The notes beneath the pieces were generated by a model that was not told the origin of the DNA, did no database searches, and saw only the letters and a list, made by a program, of their open reading frames with translations. Shown piece after piece: positions 1 to 9,244 of a stretch of DNA of 64,000 bases. Both the position numbers and the translations under genes were made by a program. Position 1 is the stretch's first letter; each line of letters begins with the position of its first letter. Source of the DNA: Patescibacteria group bacterium (lineage in GTDB: Bacteria > Patescibacteriota > Doudnabacteria > UBA920 > O2-02-FULL-48-8); assembly GCA_036278915.1 (NCBI GenBank), contig DASUKB010000004.1, positions 73,441 to 137,440 on the forward strand. Reading direction: 5' to 3'.

Positions 1-496
1 CGCGGGCAATTTTGCTGGCAAATTTTTCCTCACCGAACTCCCGAAACAGTTCTGCCAATTTTGGCTCCGCGTAGGTATTGATGATTCTCTCCGCGGTAAG
101 TTCCTGGCCTTGGTCAAACCGCATATCAAGCACAGCTTCTTGCTGAAACGATAACCCGCGGGTCGGTTCATCCAACTGCGAAGATGAGAATCCGAGATCT
201 AAGATGACGGCTGTTGCCTGCTTAAAACCCTGGTCAGCTGCGATTCGTTTGATTTCTTTAAAGTTCCCTTGAGCCAATTTCACCCTTTGGCTCAAGTCCT
301 CTTGGACAAGCCGCATAGAAAGCTTGCCCAAAGAGACCTGGTCCAAATCAATTCCCAAAATCCGCGATTTTGGTTTTAGATGTGCTAATGCCAATATATA
401 CCCGCCGTCTCCAGCCGTGCCGTCGATGTAATTGCCATCTGCACTTTCGCGCAGAAAATCCAAAACTTCTTCTAAAAGGACGGGGACATGAGCCAT
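1..496 (-). CDS. rsmH: 16S rRNA (cytosine1402-N4)-methyltransferase RsmH (MraW), C-terminus outside window
   Basis: The minus-strand translation from the ATG at 494-496 reads MAHVPVLLEEVLDFL...GTAGDGGYI, the typical RsmH N-terminus with its SAM-binding motif. It lies immediately downstream of mraZ, the canonical mraZ-rsmH order. The reading frame runs off the window edge. Confidence 0.8.
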   Translation of the reverse strand, partial: MAHVPVLLEEVLDFLRESADGNYIDGTAGDGGYILALAHLKPKSRILGIDLDQVSLGKLSMRLVQEDLSQRVKLAQGNFKEIKRIAADQGFKQATAVILDLGFSSSQLDEPTRGLSFQQEAVLDMRFDQGQELTAERIINTYAEPKLAELFREFGEEKFASKIAR

Positions 497-552
497 AAAT
501 TTCTAACAACCGCCGTCAGGCGGGCGGGGTCAATTAGGTTAATTAGAAATTT

Positions 553-984
553 TCAAACACCTAATTCTCCCAATGCTTCGGCAATGTTTGAACTTTCGCG
601 CTCGGTATCGGTTTTGTACTTGGTCCAGTCCGTTTCATTCCAGATTTCCAGCCGGTCGTACAATCCGGCCACCACGACTTTTTTCGTAAGGCTGGCAAAC
701 TTGCGCAAATATTCCGGCACCATCATCCGGCCTTGCTTATCGATTTCTACATCCCAAGCTCCAGCCAGCATCAGCCGCGCAAACGCGCGCGAATTGGACT
801 GCGAAATGGGAAGCTTGGAAAGTTTCCTGGCGATTTCATCCCACTGCTGCTTGGGGTAAAGAAACAAACTTTTATCCAAACCCCGGGTGAGCACAGCTCC
901 GGCTCCGAGATCGCTTCGGAATTTAGCCGGCACGGCCATGCGGCCCTTGTTGTCCATGCTGAGATTGTATTCGCCGATAAACAT
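553..984 (-). CDS. mraZ: transcriptional regulator MraZ
   Basis: Provided ORF 553..1074. An internal start MFIGEYNLSMDNKGRMAVPAKFR matches the MraZ N-terminus and the tandem DUF-MraZ repeats. The likely true start is the M at 984. Confidence 0.85.
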   Translation of the reverse strand: MFIGEYNLSMDNKGRMAVPAKFRSDLGAGAVLTRGLDKSLFLYPKQQWDEIARKLSKLPISQSNSRAFARLMLAGAWDVEIDKQGRMMVPEYLRKFASLTKKVVVAGLYDRLEIWNETDWTKYKTDTERESSNIAEALGELGV

Positions 985-1511
985 AAGCTTTGTTTCTCTC
1001 AATTTCGATTTTTGATCCTGATGTGGTGTAATCCAACCAGTTCTCCACTTTTCCCCACTTTTATCCACAATCATCCATTTACACTTAATCTTAACCCACT
1101 AAAACCCATCCGTCAAAGGACAAACCACTAGCTAAAATAACAAAAAAAGGCCCTTAAAAGGCCTATTTTTGAACCAAATCAACAGATTCTATTAACTTCA
1201 AGCATTACTTTCCCACATTGAAGTTTTCCACTAAAAAACTGCCCCAAATTTTAGGCAGTTTTTAGACCTGAAACATCAGGAGAACAGACTACATTCCGGA
1301 GTCTTCGGAATCAGAACCTTCGCCTGTGCCGTCTTTCTTTTCTTCATCATCACCCATCGGCTTCATGGCGTCATCATTCTCATCTGCCATTGTTTTTTTC
1401 CTTTTCCAGCACCTTTTTTGACTAACTTAACCGCTATGTGCCTAATCTATGCAAGTCAAAAAAGGTGCTGGATTAATTGTAAAATAATTTTAATGTATAG
1501 TTTACGCTTCG

Positions 1512-1766
1512 TCAACCCCGAGTCAAGAGGTATTTGACCAAATCCACCGCGCCCTGCCAGACATTCTTCAGAATTGGCTGCGAGGCCGGCAGCAGGACTA
1601 CCAAAAGGAGGAGATATATGAAATTATGTTTGATAACTTTGTAAATAGCGTAAACGATAAGCACAGCCAAAACCAGTGACACCAGCGCGTGCGAATTTTT
1701 GGGAAAGTAGCTCAAAAACTGGTTGTAGATGGAAATAATTTGGTCCATTATTAGACCTTGAGCCAA
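1512..1766 (-). CDS. hypothetical small membrane protein
   Basis: 84-aa ORF with two hydrophobic helices. No family recognised. Confidence 0.35.
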   Translation of the reverse strand: MAQGLIMDQIISIYNQFLSYFPKNSHALVSLVLAVLIVYAIYKVIKHNFIYLLLLVVLLPASQPILKNVWQGAVDLVKYLLTRG

Positions 1767-2350
1767 TTTTTACTTTTATCCACGATCACGGCCGGGCTGT
1801 TCTCCAGAATATTTTTGATAAACCGGTCGTTCATGGTCCTCCGGTATTCAAACTCGGCCGTCGTAAAAACGGAGTAGCTGATTTCCTGCTCGGCAAACCG
1901 TTCGGCGAGTTTGATAAATTGCGAAAGTTTACGCGGCGAAACCCGCCCAACAAACAAAACATCTGTCTCAACACGCGGCTTGCCCCCAAACACGCCAGTG
2001 AAAACAATAAGCTTGCATTCCCCGACTTTCTGCGCGGCGCGCGCCAAGAGATCCGCGGGGTAGGCCTTATTTTTATGAAGCAGGTTCAAAAGTTCGGGAT
2101 ACAGTGCAAAGTGCTTGTTGACCTGAAAATATTTTCGGCGATTTTTTTCTCCTACTGCCAAGAATTCCATCTTGGAAAGTTCGCGTAGAGTTTTTTTCAA
2201 AAACTGGCTTGAGATGCCGGTGGACACGCGCAGCTCGGTAGCCGAAAAGCTCCGTTGCGGATGGGCCAAGAACAAATTGATAAGTTTGCTTTTGGGTTTG
2301 GATGCGAGAAGTTGTGCTAGCATGGCAATATTATACCACAAGTCGCACAA
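1751..2350 (-). CDS. hypothetical protein, possible winged-helix regulator
   Basis: 199-aa ORF with an HTH-like N-terminal segment (FSATELRVSTGISSQFLKKTLRELSKMEFL). It is divergent from the 2412 gene. The start may instead be the internal M at 2323. Confidence 0.45.
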   Translation of the reverse strand: MCDLWYNIAMLAQLLASKPKSKLINLFLAHPQRSFSATELRVSTGISSQFLKKTLRELSKMEFLAVGEKNRRKYFQVNKHFALYPELLNLLHKNKAYPADLLARAAQKVGECKLIVFTGVFGGKPRVETDVLFVGRVSPRKLSQFIKLAERFAEQEISYSVFTTAEFEYRRTMNDRFIKNILENSPAVIVDKSKNWLKV

Positions 2351-2411
2351 ATCTCATACCTGGGTCCTTGTGCAAAATCCGTTAATTTGTGGTATAATAT
2401 CTGAGCGAATT

Positions 2412-4418
2412 ATGGCCCGATTGGAAACACAAATAAATCAAATTTACTACCTGCCTGATGATAAGCGGGTTGCTCTTATACTGACGGAAGAGACCTTCGG
2501 CAGTAACTCCCACCTCTTTTTCATCGCGGACCTGGTCCGGATCGCCAAGCGAACAGAAAAATCCGACCTGGAAAAAATTTCTGAAATTATCCTGGGTATT
2601 TTCCGCGACAACAAAAAATTATCTGGCGAGGCTCTGTTTGAGTCTTCTCTAGCTGAAATAAATCAGCGACTGGCCGACTTTGCCCACGCGGGCAAAAAAA
2701 CATGGCTCGGTAAATTTTCCGCGGCCCTGGTGCTCAAACACGGCGAAAATATCTGTCTTGCAAACACCGGGCAAATGTCAGCCATGCTTTATCGCAATGA
2801 CGCATTTTTGGAAGTTCTGCCTGCGGAAAAACTGGGTCTGCATCCGCTTAAAATTTTCTCTAACTTCACCACTGGCAAGCTTAAAGCCTCCGACGTCCTG
2901 CTTTTGACCACGTCCAATCTCTTCAATTATCTGGCTCTTTCAAATCTGGCAGGAATGCTGTCATCCGCCGCTCCGGACCAAGTCGCCCAGGACGCGGCTG
3001 GCATTTTAAAAGACACTGCCGCAGCAGACGAAGGATTTGCTTCATTCTTTATTACAATGTCCAAAGCCCAAGCTCCAGCGGGTGTCGTCGTTCCCAAAGA
3101 AGAAAAAGAAAAACCCAAACCAGCAATTGTGGCACCTGAACCCGAGCCCTTGCCTTCGAAAGAACAAGCAAGCCCTGTGATTCCTCTGGCAGAAGAAGAG
3201 ATTTATGCGCCGCTGCCTGGAAGCACTAAACCGTCTCCACGCTTCTCGCCGCCCTCTTTGCCCAAAATTTCTTTTGGCAAGCTCAAAAAATTCCACCTAC
3301 CAAAAATTTCCTTTAGATTTCCGAAGCTTTCGTTTTGGGAACATCTGTCCACCTGGGCTAAATTTTTCCTCGTCAGTTTTATAATCTTTCTATTGCTGTT
3401 TGCATCCAACATAATTGCCTATAGCATTCGCAAACACCGGCAAGATAACACTTCACAGGCCCAAGCCGCGGTAGATGCTTTGACCAAGGATCTAAGTGAC
3501 GCAGAGTCATCGCTTATCTACCGCGACCAAACCAGTGCCCTGAATTTGCTTGCCAAAACCAACAATGATCTCAATGCTCTCAAGGACCTGGATCCAGACG
3601 CTTACAACCAATACCAGCCGCAGGTCGCCGATTTGTCCAGCCGCATCAACCATATCACTGTGGTCTCAAGTCCGCAGGTGCTGGTCACCCTCAAACATCC
3701 GGCCACAAATATTGCGCGGGCAGGCGCAGGTTTCTATATTGCCGACTCGAGCACTGGCACAATCTCAACCTATAATACTTCCAGCACTGACAAGTCGGGA
3801 AAAGAACTGTTTCTCCTCAACCAAATCGGACAAATCCAAGGTCTGGTATTCATTCCGAATGTCGGCGGCGTAGTTATCACCGCCTCAGAGATGTACGTAG
3901 TCGACACGGCGCAAAGCCAGTTTGATCTCCTGCATATCTATCCTAAAACAAGCCTCGATGGCCTGCGTTTCGTCAACCCCGACCAGCTCTATACATTGGA
4001 CAAGGCCGCAGGCCAGGCTGACCAAATCCAATTTTCTAAAAGCGAGCAGATTGATCCGGTGCCGCTGCTTAAATCAAAAATTGACTTAACCGATATTGTA
4101 GATATCGGCGCGGACTCTGATATCTACCTTCTGTCTCCCACTGATCTTGCCAAATATACCAAAGGTGCTTTAAATAGTAATTTCCAGCTGCAACAGCCCA
4201 CGGATAAACTTACCTCCGCCAATAAATTATTTGTCGCTGGCAATATTTATATTTTGGAATCTGCAAAGAAGCGTTTGCTTATATACAACAAACAAGGCCA
4301 ATTGCAAACGCAAATTTTCTTCCCGAACGCCACTGATCTGCGAGATTTCTACGTTGACGAATCCTCGCGGAACATTTTCCTGCTTGACTCGGACAAAATC
4401 GAATCAATCACCTTCTAG
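2412..4418 (+). CDS. membrane-anchored protein with a degenerate PP2C-like N-terminal domain, a Pro-rich linker, one TM helix and a large extracytoplasmic domain
   Basis: Start chosen at MARLETQ (ATG 2412), downstream of an extended -10 (TGgTATAAT, 2390-2398). The N-domain has PP2C-like motif remnants (ANTGQMSAML; DVLLLTTSNLFNYL) with the catalytic Asp positions substituted. It is followed by a PEPEPLP linker, a TM helix (FLVSFIIFLLLFASNIIAY) and about 330 extracellular residues. Confidence 0.5.
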   Translation: MARLETQINQIYYLPDDKRVALILTEETFGSNSHLFFIADLVRIAKRTEKSDLEKISEIILGIFRDNKKLSGEALFESSLAEINQRLADFAHAGKKTWLGKFSAALVLKHGENICLANTGQMSAMLYRNDAFLEVLPAEKLGLHPLKIFSNFTTGKLKASDVLLLTTSNLFNYLALSNLAGMLSSAAPDQVAQDAAGILKDTAAADEGFASFFITMSKAQAPAGVVVPKEEKEKPKPAIVAPEPEPLPSKEQASPVIPLAEEEIYAPLPGSTKPSPRFSPPSLPKISFGKLKKFHLPKISFRFPKLSFWEHLSTWAKFFLVSFIIFLLLFASNIIAYSIRKHRQDNTSQAQAAVDALTKDLSDAESSLIYRDQTSALNLLAKTNNDLNALKDLDPDAYNQYQPQVADLSSRINHITVVSSPQVLVTLKHPATNIARAGAGFYIADSSTGTISTYNTSSTDKSGKELFLLNQIGQIQGLVFIPNVGGVVITASEMYVVDTAQSQFDLLHIYPKTSLDGLRFVNPDQLYTLDKAAGQADQIQFSKSEQIDPVPLLKSKIDLTDIVDIGADSDIYLLSPTDLAKYTKGALNSNFQLQQPTDKLTSANKLFVAGNIYILESAKKRLLIYNKQGQLQTQIFFPNATDLRDFYVDESSRNIFLLDSDKIESITF

Positions 4419-4435
4419 TTCCAACAAATTTAGCC

Positions 4436-4472
4436 ACAAAAAAACCGCCTTTTACAAAAGCGGTTTTTTATT
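4436..4472. terminator. bidirectional rho-independent terminator
   Basis: Hairpin aaaaaaccgcc-ttttacaaaa-ggcggtttttt flanked by A and T runs, downstream of the 2412..4418 gene. Confidence 0.6.
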
Positions 4473-4621
4473 TGATCTTTTTACTTTTAACTTCAAGCTT
4501 CTAGCTTAAACCCTCATCTGTCCCCACCACCGCAAAGCCAAAACGCTTGCGCGCGTTATGACGACCGAAGCGATTATCCCCAGCAAACCTAATTTTAAAA
4601 TATTTTGAAAAATTCGTTCGG

Positions 4622-6304
4622 TCATTTTGATTGCGTGGTTGTTTGAGCCGGCGTCGAACTGGCTCCAAAATTCACCAAATCGGGGTTAATAGTCCGAAGG
4701 AGGATGTACGCACCAAACAGCAGGATAAGTCCGACGACTGCCGAAGTGATATATTTTTTACCGCGGCTGGCTCGATCGGCATTGCCTGCCGAGGTCATAG
4801 TGATATAGCCTCCGACAATTATCATAAGCACGGCCAGAATTGCGGCCACACTCAAGGACCACGTATAAACCTTACTAACTGAAACCCGGATAGGACCAAG
4901 ATCTATAGTCCCCGCAGTCTGAGGCGGATTTGCTGGAGGATTTTTTGTTATAACCTCGCCCAGCCCAACATGGCTTGTAGCCGCGATATGGTCATAGTTG
5001 ACGCTTCCCAAAGTCACAGCCCCGGAACCGGTAACCGCCACTGCTGCATTATAAGTTCCGCAATTGCCGTCATTGCACGCAGGAGCAATAGTTAAATTGC
5101 TGTCATACACAAGTCCGGTATAGTCTAGCTCTGACAAGTCTGCGCCGCCTTCCCAATCCTGCGCTTCCAGAAAAAATGTATTCGTCGCAGGATTATAATT
5201 TAGAACAGGCGCGCCGTAACCGCCGGAGGATGTCACTGTCTGGCCAGAGTTGATGGTCATAACCGGAAATTCCGGCCCGAGTGAACCATCGCTTTGGATA
5301 TTTCGGCCCCAAATCCCTCCGTTTGAGCCATCGCGTCCGCGCTCCATCCACACGGCAACCGCAGTTTTATCCACGGGATCATAAGCTATTTGCGAATTGG
5401 AAAACGCGTTTCGCCCAACCCGGGTCTGGCTCAACTGGACGGGTGCGCCTATTAATTCACCGGTTTTGGCGTTGATGCGCTGCAACATGACCCGGTCATC
5501 CTCATTGGCTGTGTCAGAACCGCTTAAAAGCGCCACATAGGTGGCCAAGTATTCATCGTTGTTTGTATCCACGGCAACACTGCTGAAAATATCTTGAAAA
5601 TCATTGCTGCCAAAATATATAACTTTCGGGTCAACCTTGCCATTTTCGTCCACAAGGTCAATTTCCGGATGATTAAACCCGCGCAATATCAGATATTTGT
5701 CATTTACGGGATCAAACGTTACTCCGGCCAAAAGGGCCACTGAAGTGCTCACCACGAACTCATTTCCCAAAGGCTGCCCTGTGCCGGAAACAAAGCGCGC
5801 GTAAGTTGATCGGCCATTCGTGGTTGGACGTTCGTCTTCCCAAGCGACCAAAAATTTGTCAGCGGCCGAATTATAAATGGCTTTGGGCGTACCGCGAAAC
5901 ATACCGCTGGCTTGGTCAATTTGAAAAGCAGACCCGAGAGGCGCTAGCGTTTCAGGATCTGCCATAACACCCCTAATGTGGACATTTTCGGAAGATCCCG
6001 TGGCTGAATCTGAAGCCACAACCAACAGTTGATTATGTATATCCGAATATGACGCGTCCAAGCCCCAGGTGCCGGACAGAGGAAACGTTGAAGGATCGGC
6101 TGGGTTGGTGCCGGGCGCGTAGGTTTTACCTGTCTGATGGTTGTTGTACCAATCCAGACAATTCAACATCGCCGCCGTGTCCGTGGGCCACGGATCGCAA
6201 ACTGGAGCGGTTTGCGCTTGAACCAGGCTAACAGGTCCTAAAACTAGCAATAATATTGCGGCAAAATTTACAAATTTGTAAATTTTTATCCTAATGGTAT
6301 TCAT
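4622..6304 (-). CDS. large secreted protein with C-terminal two-helix T4SS-pilin-like (VirB2/TrbC-like) domain
   Basis: N-terminal signal peptide MNTIRIKIYKFVNFAAILLLVLGPVSLVQA. The C-terminal about 80 aa (VYTWSLSVAAILAVLMIIVGGYITMTSAGNADRASRGKKYITSAVVGLILLFGAYILLRTINPDLVNF) are two hydrophobic helices separated by a short polar loop. This domain is paralogous to the C-terminus of the 51232..51669 protein. It is the last gene of a four-gene minus-strand operon and overlaps the 6291 gene. Confidence 0.6.
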   Translation of the reverse strand: MNTIRIKIYKFVNFAAILLLVLGPVSLVQAQTAPVCDPWPTDTAAMLNCLDWYNNHQTGKTYAPGTNPADPSTFPLSGTWGLDASYSDIHNQLLVVASDSATGSSENVHIRGVMADPETLAPLGSAFQIDQASGMFRGTPKAIYNSAADKFLVAWEDERPTTNGRSTYARFVSGTGQPLGNEFVVSTSVALLAGVTFDPVNDKYLILRGFNHPEIDLVDENGKVDPKVIYFGSNDFQDIFSSVAVDTNNDEYLATYVALLSGSDTANEDDRVMLQRINAKTGELIGAPVQLSQTRVGRNAFSNSQIAYDPVDKTAVAVWMERGRDGSNGGIWGRNIQSDGSLGPEFPVMTINSGQTVTSSGGYGAPVLNYNPATNTFFLEAQDWEGGADLSELDYTGLVYDSNLTIAPACNDGNCGTYNAAVAVTGSGAVTLGSVNYDHIAATSHVGLGEVITKNPPANPPQTAGTIDLGPIRVSVSKVYTWSLSVAAILAVLMIIVGGYITMTSAGNADRASRGKKYITSAVVGLILLFGAYILLRTINPDLVNFGASSTPAQTTTQSK

Positions 6305-6926
6305 CTTTGCATGGGCCGATGTAGCGGTTTACTTCGGCGTTAAAGATAGCCACACAATAAACCTGGCCCGTATCGCTATCGCGTAAATTTACCCACGGAC
6401 TGCCCAGGCCATCATTGATCGCTGTGTTGGCGCTGGCAATGCTTTGGACTGCGGATATCGAAGCTTGCGCTCCATTGGCATCTGCCACTGGATTTTTATG
6501 ATCTCCAGCAGGAATTATATTATCAATCGGCGGTTCCTGCATGAAATTCGCCGGTATTTGAAATGTCGGCACAACGGCCACCGCAGGTTGATTAATTTTC
6601 GCAGGCGTTAGAAGCTGCGCGAATTCATGTATCATACTGTTTCCAATATACGCCACGCCGCTTTCGGTTGGCGCTGGAGTCAGAGCAACAATTACTGCAT
6701 CCGCAGACTCTTGATAAAATTCATTGACTGAAGACACTATTAGATTCACTTCGCCAAACCACGGCCGATCACCTATGACCTCAAGCGTAGCCACTTGGAA
6801 CTGGTGTTTGACGGACTGCTGGAACTGCGCGACGTCTGAATTTCTAGCGGGCTGCAGCACAAAAGCCGCCGCTAAAAGCAACACGGCGGATAGTGAATAA
6901 AAAAGCTGTTCAGTCCAGTGTCTCAT
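6291..6926 (-). CDS. hypothetical secreted/membrane-anchored protein (paralog of the 6923..7423 protein)
   Basis: N-terminal hydrophobic anchor. Shares the motif V.S(V)NEFYQESA with the upstream gene. Overlapping start/stop couples it translationally to its neighbours. Confidence 0.5.
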   Translation of the reverse strand: MRHWTEQLFYSLSAVLLLAAAFVLQPARNSDVAQFQQSVKHQFQVATLEVIGDRPWFGEVNLIVSSVNEFYQESADAVIVALTPAPTESGVAYIGNSMIHEFAQLLTPAKINQPAVAVVPTFQIPANFMQEPPIDNIIPAGDHKNPVADANGAQASISAVQSIASANTAINDGLGSPWVNLRDSDTGQVYCVAIFNAEVNRYIGPCKDEYH

Positions 6927-7423
6927 TTGCGTATCGACGCGCCAGCCACGCGAGATGACAATTCCGGCGAGTAGGCCGGTTTATAAAAACTTGAAAGATC
7001 CAAAACCTGAGCCAGCTGCTGGGACGCAACGTTATAAAAATTGTTAACGCCGGAAATGGCCAGCATCGGTCCTGGGACGTTTGATCCGTCAAGCAGCTGC
7101 GCCATCGCTATTGCAGACTGATTGTAAAATTCTTGTACAGATACGACAGTGAACTCAACCGGAGTAGCGGCAACCTTAAGATCTGAAACCATGGAAGTAA
7201 TGCCGGACGAAACGTCTAGCACCGAGGCTCCAGCCTGCCAATCTTTGGGCGTGGCGTTCAAAACCAGAGCCGATTCGGCAAATAAAAATACAGCCAAAAC
7301 TATGCCCAATATATATGCAGGATACTTTTTGGCTGCTTTTGGCTTGGAATTTTTTCGCGCGGATTTGTTTGTTTTTGTCCTGCGAACCTGTTTTGTCTTT
7401 TTGTTTTTGATTTTGGTTTTCAT
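6923..7423 (-). CDS. hypothetical Lys-rich membrane-anchored protein (paralog of the 6291..6926 protein)
   Basis: Lys/Arg-rich N-terminus, one TM helix, then two copies of a V.EFY/NFY...SA motif (VVSVQEFYNQSAIAMAQLL; ISGVNNFYNVASQQLAQVL). Confidence 0.5.
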   Translation of the reverse strand: MKTKIKNKKTKQVRRTKTNKSARKNSKPKAAKKYPAYILGIVLAVFLFAESALVLNATPKDWQAGASVLDVSSGITSMVSDLKVAATPVEFTVVSVQEFYNQSAIAMAQLLDGSNVPGPMLAISGVNNFYNVASQQLAQVLDLSSFYKPAYSPELSSRVAGASIRK

Positions 7424-7425
7424 TG

Positions 7426-7929
7426 CTACTGGCCCATTTTCAAAATGCTTGGTGCATGATAGTAGTATTCCTTTTGGAAATATTTCGGAGTTGTCGTCTG
7501 AACCTGGTTTACTACGGCTTGCGTTTCGTGTGTGCTTATGAACGCACCTAAGACCTGACCCAAATCCGCTTGCGGTGCAGTATTGGCTCGCGCATAAGAA
7601 ACCCCGACGCTGTCGGCATAGTTCCCTATCGCATCGGCAAGCCTAATGGTTGTCGTGCCGACGGAGTCCGGATAGCTGAAAATTTGAGTGAAAGCAACGT
7701 CAAAATCATCGTAGAAAGTCTGGAACGAACCATACGCTAGTCCCAACTGCGATGAAGTCTGTGCCACGTTCTGACGCAAGTCAAAAATTTCCAAAGCCTT
7801 GGAAACCTGTGTCTGGGTACGGACCGGAAGGCTCATATACATTTGTATGCCTATAAGGACAAGCCCAGCCGCCGCGACTATAATCGTGCAGACTTCAAAA
7901 CCGGTTAGTTTGTTGTAGTTTGTTTTCAA
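7426..7929 (-). CDS. prepilin-like protein (type IV pilin-like N-terminus)
   Basis: N-terminus MKTNYNKLTGFEVCTIIVAAAGLVLIGI has a short basic leader, Gly-Phe, then about 20 hydrophobic residues, as in class III (prepilin) signals. The Glu is at +2 rather than +5. It is the first gene of the 7929->4622 operon. Confidence 0.4.
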   Translation of the reverse strand: MKTNYNKLTGFEVCTIIVAAAGLVLIGIQMYMSLPVRTQTQVSKALEIFDLRQNVAQTSSQLGLAYGSFQTFYDDFDVAFTQIFSYPDSVGTTTIRLADAIGNYADSVGVSYARANTAPQADLGQVLGAFISTHETQAVVNQVQTTTPKYFQKEYYYHAPSILKMGQ

Positions 7930-8163
7930 AAACGCAACAAGCCAAAAAAGCTTTTGGCTTCCTTCCTGTTATAAATTGTTGTTTGTTTCTTTTGAATTTG
8001 CAGCACTTTTGGTTTGATTTTGAACCAAAAGCAACTTTATCTGTACTTATTATAGCATATATTCCTCCAACGCGCAAGACCTCCGGAAAAATTTACAAAG
8101 TCTTGCAGTCGAAGTCCCTACTTCGTATGAGTATCAAAAAAATAAAAGGTCGGAGTGGCTATA

Positions 8164-8194
8164 AAAAAAGCCTCTTGTATAGAGGCTTTAAAAA
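8164..8194 (-). terminator. rho-independent terminator downstream of rplL
   Basis: aaaaaagcctcttgtatagaggcttt hairpin with flanking A and T runs. Confidence 0.6.
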
Positions 8195-8217
8195 TTTCTA
8201 AAATTTAGGATAGAAAT

Positions 8218-8586
8218 TTATTTTAACGCAACTTTCGCACCCGCTTCCTCAAGTTTTTTCTTGAGCTCATCGGCTTCGGCTTTGGATACGTTTTCTTTCA
8301 CGGCCTTCGGAGCCGCGTCCACCAAGTCCTTGGCTTCTTTCAGTCCCTTGCCCGTTGCTTCGCGCACAACTTTGATGACGTTGATCTTGTTGGCGCCCGC
8401 ATCTGTGAGCTCAACAGTAAACTCGCTTTTCTCTTCTACTGCGGCAGCACCGTTACCTGCTCCCGCCATCACAACCGGGGCGGCAGCGGAAACTCCGAAT
8501 TTTTCTTCCAAAGCTTTTACCAACTCAGAAAGTTCAAGCGCGGTCATCTTCTCCACTTCTGCGATAATGTTGTCAAAATTTGCCAT
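8218..8586 (-). CDS. rplL: 50S ribosomal protein L7/L12
   Basis: [37 protein letters not shown]...KVALK, an unmistakable L7/L12 sequence. Confidence 0.92.
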   Translation of the reverse strand: MANFDNIIAEVEKMTALELSELVKALEEKFGVSAAAPVVMAGAGNGAAAVEEKSEFTVELTDAGANKINVIKVVREATGKGLKEAKDLVDAAPKAVKENVSKAEADELKKKLEEAGAKVALK

Positions 8587-8690
8587 AAAATATTTTTAAT
8601 TATTTAATTACGGATTGCGAACTGCGAATGAATTCGTAATGCGTAATTCGTAATTTATTAATTATCAAGATACAAGTTCGACCTTTGTGA

Positions 8691-8747
8691 TTGTCATCCT
8701 GAGCACAGAGAAGGATTTAGTATTCTTCGCTTCGCTCAGAATGACAA
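8691..8747. repeat. palindromic hairpin repeat, family 1, copy A (TGTCATCCTGAGC...GCTCAGAATGACA)
   Basis: TTGTCATCCTGAGCACAGAGAAGGATTTAGTATTCTTCGCTTCGCTCAGAATGACAA. An imperfect inverted repeat of about 23 bp per arm. It sits in the rplJ-rplL spacer. Near-identical copies are at 22024-22081 and 49621-49680, and a diverged copy at 49225-49286. Confidence 0.85.
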
Positions 8748-8755
8748 AAGATTAA

Positions 8756-9244
8756 TTATTGCTTTTTGTCCTTAATTGCATTAAGTGCGTACATCAGACC
8801 TCTGACATTTCCAGAAAGCACATATACGAAATTCGTGAGCAACTGTTGTTTGGACGGGATTGATGCAAGTTTGTTTACCATATCCGCGCCAATAAATTCA
8901 TGATTAAAAATTCCACCGTCAAAAATTATCTGCGGATTATCTTTGGTCATCCCCTTCAAAATTCTTGCCGGCGCTGTCTCTTCTTCTGCGGAAATTGCCA
9001 CTGCTATAGGTCCCGAATATTTAAGTCCGTCGGTAGATATTCCAAGTGCGGTCAGGGCTTTTTTGAGCAGCGTAATTTTTACGACTTTATATTTAACATT
9101 CTCCTGTCGCAAAGCTTTGCGCAAGCGATCCAACGCCTTTACGGTCATGCCGCGGTATTCGGAAAAGACCACTCCGCGAGCATCCTTAAGATCTTCGGTG
9201 ATCTGTTGTAGTGTTGCTTCTTTTTCTTTTCTACTTGTTGCCAT
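8756..9244 (-). CDS. rplJ: 50S ribosomal protein L10
   Basis: MATSRKEKEATLQQITEDLKDARGVVFSEYRGMTVKALDRLRKAL is the L10 family N-terminus. It lies upstream of rplL. Confidence 0.9.
   Translation of the reverse strand: MATSRKEKEATLQQITEDLKDARGVVFSEYRGMTVKALDRLRKALRQENVKYKVVKITLLKKALTALGISTDGLKYSGPIAVAISAEEETAPARILKGMTKDNPQIIFDGGIFNHEFIGADMVNKLASIPSKQQLLTNFVYVLSGNVRGLMYALNAIKDKKQ

Noticed and set aside
488-1131. Plus-strand ORFs 488..859 and 733..1131
   Set aside because: They lie antisense to the well-supported rsmH and mraZ genes. They are low-complexity translations with no independent support.
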